From the NCBI GenBank assembly GCA_051294905.1, contig CM119373.1:1862001-1926000 (forward strand): 64,000 nt of DNA. The letters are read 5' to 3'. Below the pieces are notes generated by a model. The model was not told where the DNA came from. It did not search any database and saw only the letters and a program-made list of their open reading frames with translations. A program made the translations under genes and the position numbers. How positions within the stretch are numbered: the first letter of the stretch is position 1; the number at the start of each line of letters is the position of its first letter. This DNA is from Botryllus schlosseri. Lineage: Eukaryota. Of the stretch, positions 60,508 to 64,000 are shown piece after piece.

Positions 60508-63500
60508 GTGAGCTATATGTTATGGTGTAATCATCAAGATATTGACTGTTGTACATCGGGCGTCGGTAAATGTAAGACATCAAGTTCTAGATCCATTGAT
60601 TACCATCTGTGCATGTAGATATGCTTTCTTATCAGTAGGCCAAGTTTTTTTTGCTCTAAAATCGTAAGAAAGTTGCACTTAATTTTAAATAAATTGCATT
60701 AAAAAGTTGCATTTTTAATATTTTATATATTATGCGGGTATGAGGTACTCGAAAGGGTCCGTTGTATAACCTAGTTCTTAAAGAGCTGTCAAAATTTTTA
60801 CTTTCCATTTTCACGGAAGCTCTGGCGAATCCGCCAAAATTACAGTTTTCCTGGTAGACAGTTAAAAGATGACGCAATGTGGAATAATGTTCTTCCGAAA
60901 AGTCAAACAGCATAGCGATAATCCACCCCTCTCCTAAAACAAGTCGAATGCCACATCCCAAACCCATCAGGTCTGCAGACCTGTCCCAAGGCATTGCAGA
61001 AACACTCAATCCTGCCGCCGACTTTACCAAAATCTATCGCCTGAAAAAGATGTCCCATTAAAAATGTAATTTCAGGCGGTCTTGCGTGGGGGTTCGTGAA
61101 ATAGGAATCTTAAGGACATCCATTTACATCTTGTTCCGGCACGATCGTGCTAGGCAGGGGTATTTGGAGTTCTAGCTTGCCACCCAATGGGTCACAGATG
61201 ACAATGAGATACTATAAAATCCCTCCAACCAGCATAAAGCAGATTAGTTCATAGATTCTGAATCAAGGGTGCTGCCGGAGAATGTAAAAAAGTTGCAAAA
61301 CCTGCGCTACTTCTCAGCTTACCACGAAATAAAATATCGGAAACAAATGAAAGGCAGGCAATATGAAATTGTATTTCTAGAAGATGACCGTCTCATATGG
61401 AGTCGAGTTCGTGTCCATTCCTATGCGATTTATATCCAATAAAATATACCTTCTTTCGTCATCTGAAGCCACGCTGCAGCAATAAATTATTACTTTCAAA
61501 TATTATAGAGCTGCGTCGCCTCTTGGACGGCATCCGATTAATACGGTATAATAGTCCATAACTATTGATTCGAACACTATATAGTGCTACCTGCGAATTG
61601 ATATGATTAGAAACGGGAGGTTCGTACGGTTTTACACTATGCAACACTACGTCAAATAATTTGAAACTGCTATTCGTACGCCCCTTTTTATTAGTACGGG
61701 GCGATTCAACGAATTCCATAGTCCGGCTCCTATCATGTTTCTTCAAAAGAAAATACGCTTCCGATCCGAATCTGATGCCGGAGTCTTGAAGTGAGCGTCA
61801 TCCTGAGTTTGTCAATTTAGTCACCGTCGATACTCAAGAAGAAGTACATTTCGACTCATATAGATGTAGAAGTAGCGATTTGCAAGTAAGAGAAACTGTA
61901 ACTATTGTAGACCTAGTTTTGCCTAAAAAAGAAAAACCGTAAAGTAGAAGTAGTATAAAATCATACCCACTTCGAAAAGTAGAATTACTTCATTACTGAC
62001 CACCTCTGGCAGCATCAGAATCGAGAAAGTCCGATGATGATCATTTACGGGCGCCGGAACTTAGTAAACTACAAATAGTATATGATACGGTAAAACCTCC
62101 TTAATACGGTTAGTTTACATATGCGTTTGACTTGATGGTTAGTGGTCCAATGGTTCTAAAAACGTGGGGAATTAATCATTTCCTGGTCGGGAACAAACAC
62201 ACTTGAAAAATCAATACATACAGTAAATATAAACAGCTGCGGAGGCATAATCTATCAATTTTGTCGGACATACTTTCATATCGAAATCTTCGACTCGGCC
62301 TCCGACTCCACGGACAGCTTCTAAAATTTGGAACTCCTAACTCCGGCTCATGTATGACCCTGACCGCAAGCCTGTTTACATCCTTTGAGCGGCTTTTAAC
62401 ACTCGCTCTCTTTCATCACCGGCCTCCCCCGATTTTCATGCGCCCGTGGGCGTATCCTTGTCCCTACTGCCGACTTCTGGGCTCGAGCTTTTCATACAAT
62501 GCAATGGCAGCGAGGTTAGCGTCGAGGAAGCAAGATAAAACTCCGACACAAGAGGGGTTTGCCATTGGGTTTGCCACGGCTGGACTTATCCGCATTTCCC
62601 GGTAATGTGTGGTGTTGACTAAAAAAAAAGGTCATCATTTCCACTCGGATCACGATTCCCCTGACGTTCGCTGCGACGAACTCGAGTTTTTTGATCGCAC
62701 TTTAATACTCTTCCCACAAAAAATAAATGGTATGGTATCACTCCGTCTGATTACGGAAAACTGATTGCAAATTAGTAATGTACATTTTATACATCTGGGA
62801 TGGTTGTCGATTTAGTGTGATTATCGAAAGATATGATGATAATTTTTTTCCAACCCAAGGTAGATTTTTTTGTGCTCGACACGCATTTTTCGCAGCTTAG
62901 AGGGAATATGCAAATCATACTATCTTCGATTTGTCAAATCGAATACATGCCTCAGAAAATCGTCCATTTGACAGTTGACAGGTCTTTTGTTATATCAAAT
63001 TGCGATTCGGACTCACCCATCCTGATCATCATCTATTTGAAGTTGTGCCACTCACATATGAAGAAAAGTAATTTTAATGATAATTAGTCCATCTGCGTAT
63101 TGTTAGAAACTAACAATACTCGACCGCGGTCTTGGTACAACGTCACAGCTTATATTTCCTTATCGTAACCTCCACACCGTAAACTATACCAAGAGGAGTT
63201 TTAAAATCGTAGACTCTATGAAAGTAGCAGTTACATGAATACGAATACTTATATCAATTTGTTGAAGGTAGAAGTCATTTCCAAATAGGGTTTCATTTAA
63301 AACAAAAATGAAATTAAAACAAACATGTTTAAACCAAGGTCCTATAATTAATATCGTGTTGTTTGAAGAAATAACGTCACGAATATCCGATTGTGAGGTC
63401 ATAATGTATTGAGATTGTCAATTTAAAATATAGGGTAAATATAGATTCTTTGACGAAATATCTGCACTCTAAATGTTGAACCGACTATATTGAGGGTTCC

Positions 63501-63709
63501 AACCATCCCATATCAATATACGTCAGCTAAATCGGGTGGTAATTGTCCGTAGGCTCATGCCACATGTTTTTGGAAAGTATTTACACAATTATGGTCTTTT
63601 TTTTAAAACACCGTTTGTTTTAAAGGCAACCCTATTTCCCACACTTTGCTCGAATAATCACGAGATGGCTATTTTACATATGCATCATTGTCAATTCGAA
63701 ACTATGTAG

Positions 63710-63812
63710 CTATGTCATGCCGGACTCCAAAATGTAATAAGTTAACTTCTTTAAATTTGATTTTCTCCGATAAACGAATGGATATTGGATTGCATGGTTT
63801 GGAACGATTGAG
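63710..63812 (+). CDS. Possible downstream exon with a single LRR-like segment (AMSCRTPKCNKLTSLNLIFSDKRMDIGLHGLERL)
   Basis: tatgtag acceptor gives phase-1 entry into the 63688-63996 open frame; L-x-x-L-x-L...IG-x-x-G-x-x-x-L pattern; gtgggt candidate donor. The acceptor is weak. Confidence 0.3.
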
Positions 63813-64000
63813 GTGGGTATTTAGTATAGAAATTTCCAATTCCAGTCCACACCATATGCCCTGCTTTTTCCACGCGAACAAGTTGTTCACTGACCGCAAT
63901 CACACAATCGAAAATGTGTCTAAGCCTGCAATATACGAGGACATTCCGTCATCTGTGGTGGAACTTTATGATAAATTAGTTACAATGAGGTATTGATGAA

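Noticed and set aside
60508..63700. Search for a NACHT/NB-ARC exon after the motif exons
   Set aside because: No long plus-strand frame or Walker A motif found; a candidate 51-nt exon at ~62012-62062 has an acceptor derived from a MITE end and was not called.

Overview
AT-rich eukaryotic genomic DNA with spliceosomal introns, tRNA-derived SINEs and dense nested DNA-transposon relics. The repeat style suggests a marine invertebrate, possibly an ascidian (inference only). No rRNA, intact tRNA, CRISPR array or prokaryotic operon is present, and nearly all ORF-track entries are spurious. Most of the window consists of non-autonomous DNA transposons bounded by exact TIRs and target-site duplications: many hAT elements (8-bp TSD), two 7-9.5 kb CACTA/EnSpm-type elements, a Kolobok element (TTAA TSD, ~280-bp TIRs, THAP/transposase relics), a Harbinger relic and a possible Helitron. 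They are often nested 3-4 levels deep. Among them is a plus-strand multi-exon gene (first coding exon 38074-38140, further exons to at least 60507) that the ORF track mostly misses. It is built from symmetric phase-1 mini-exons in a twice-repeated unit, and two exons encode an N/Q/G/V-rich motif (F-x-N-x-T-[VL]-N-V-V-A-G-D) resembling RHIM-like/NLR-associated amyloid signalling motifs. This gene is the best candidate for an undescribed system. A second highlight is a hAT relic whose transposase resembles, from memory, oomycete/algal-type rather than typical animal hATs.
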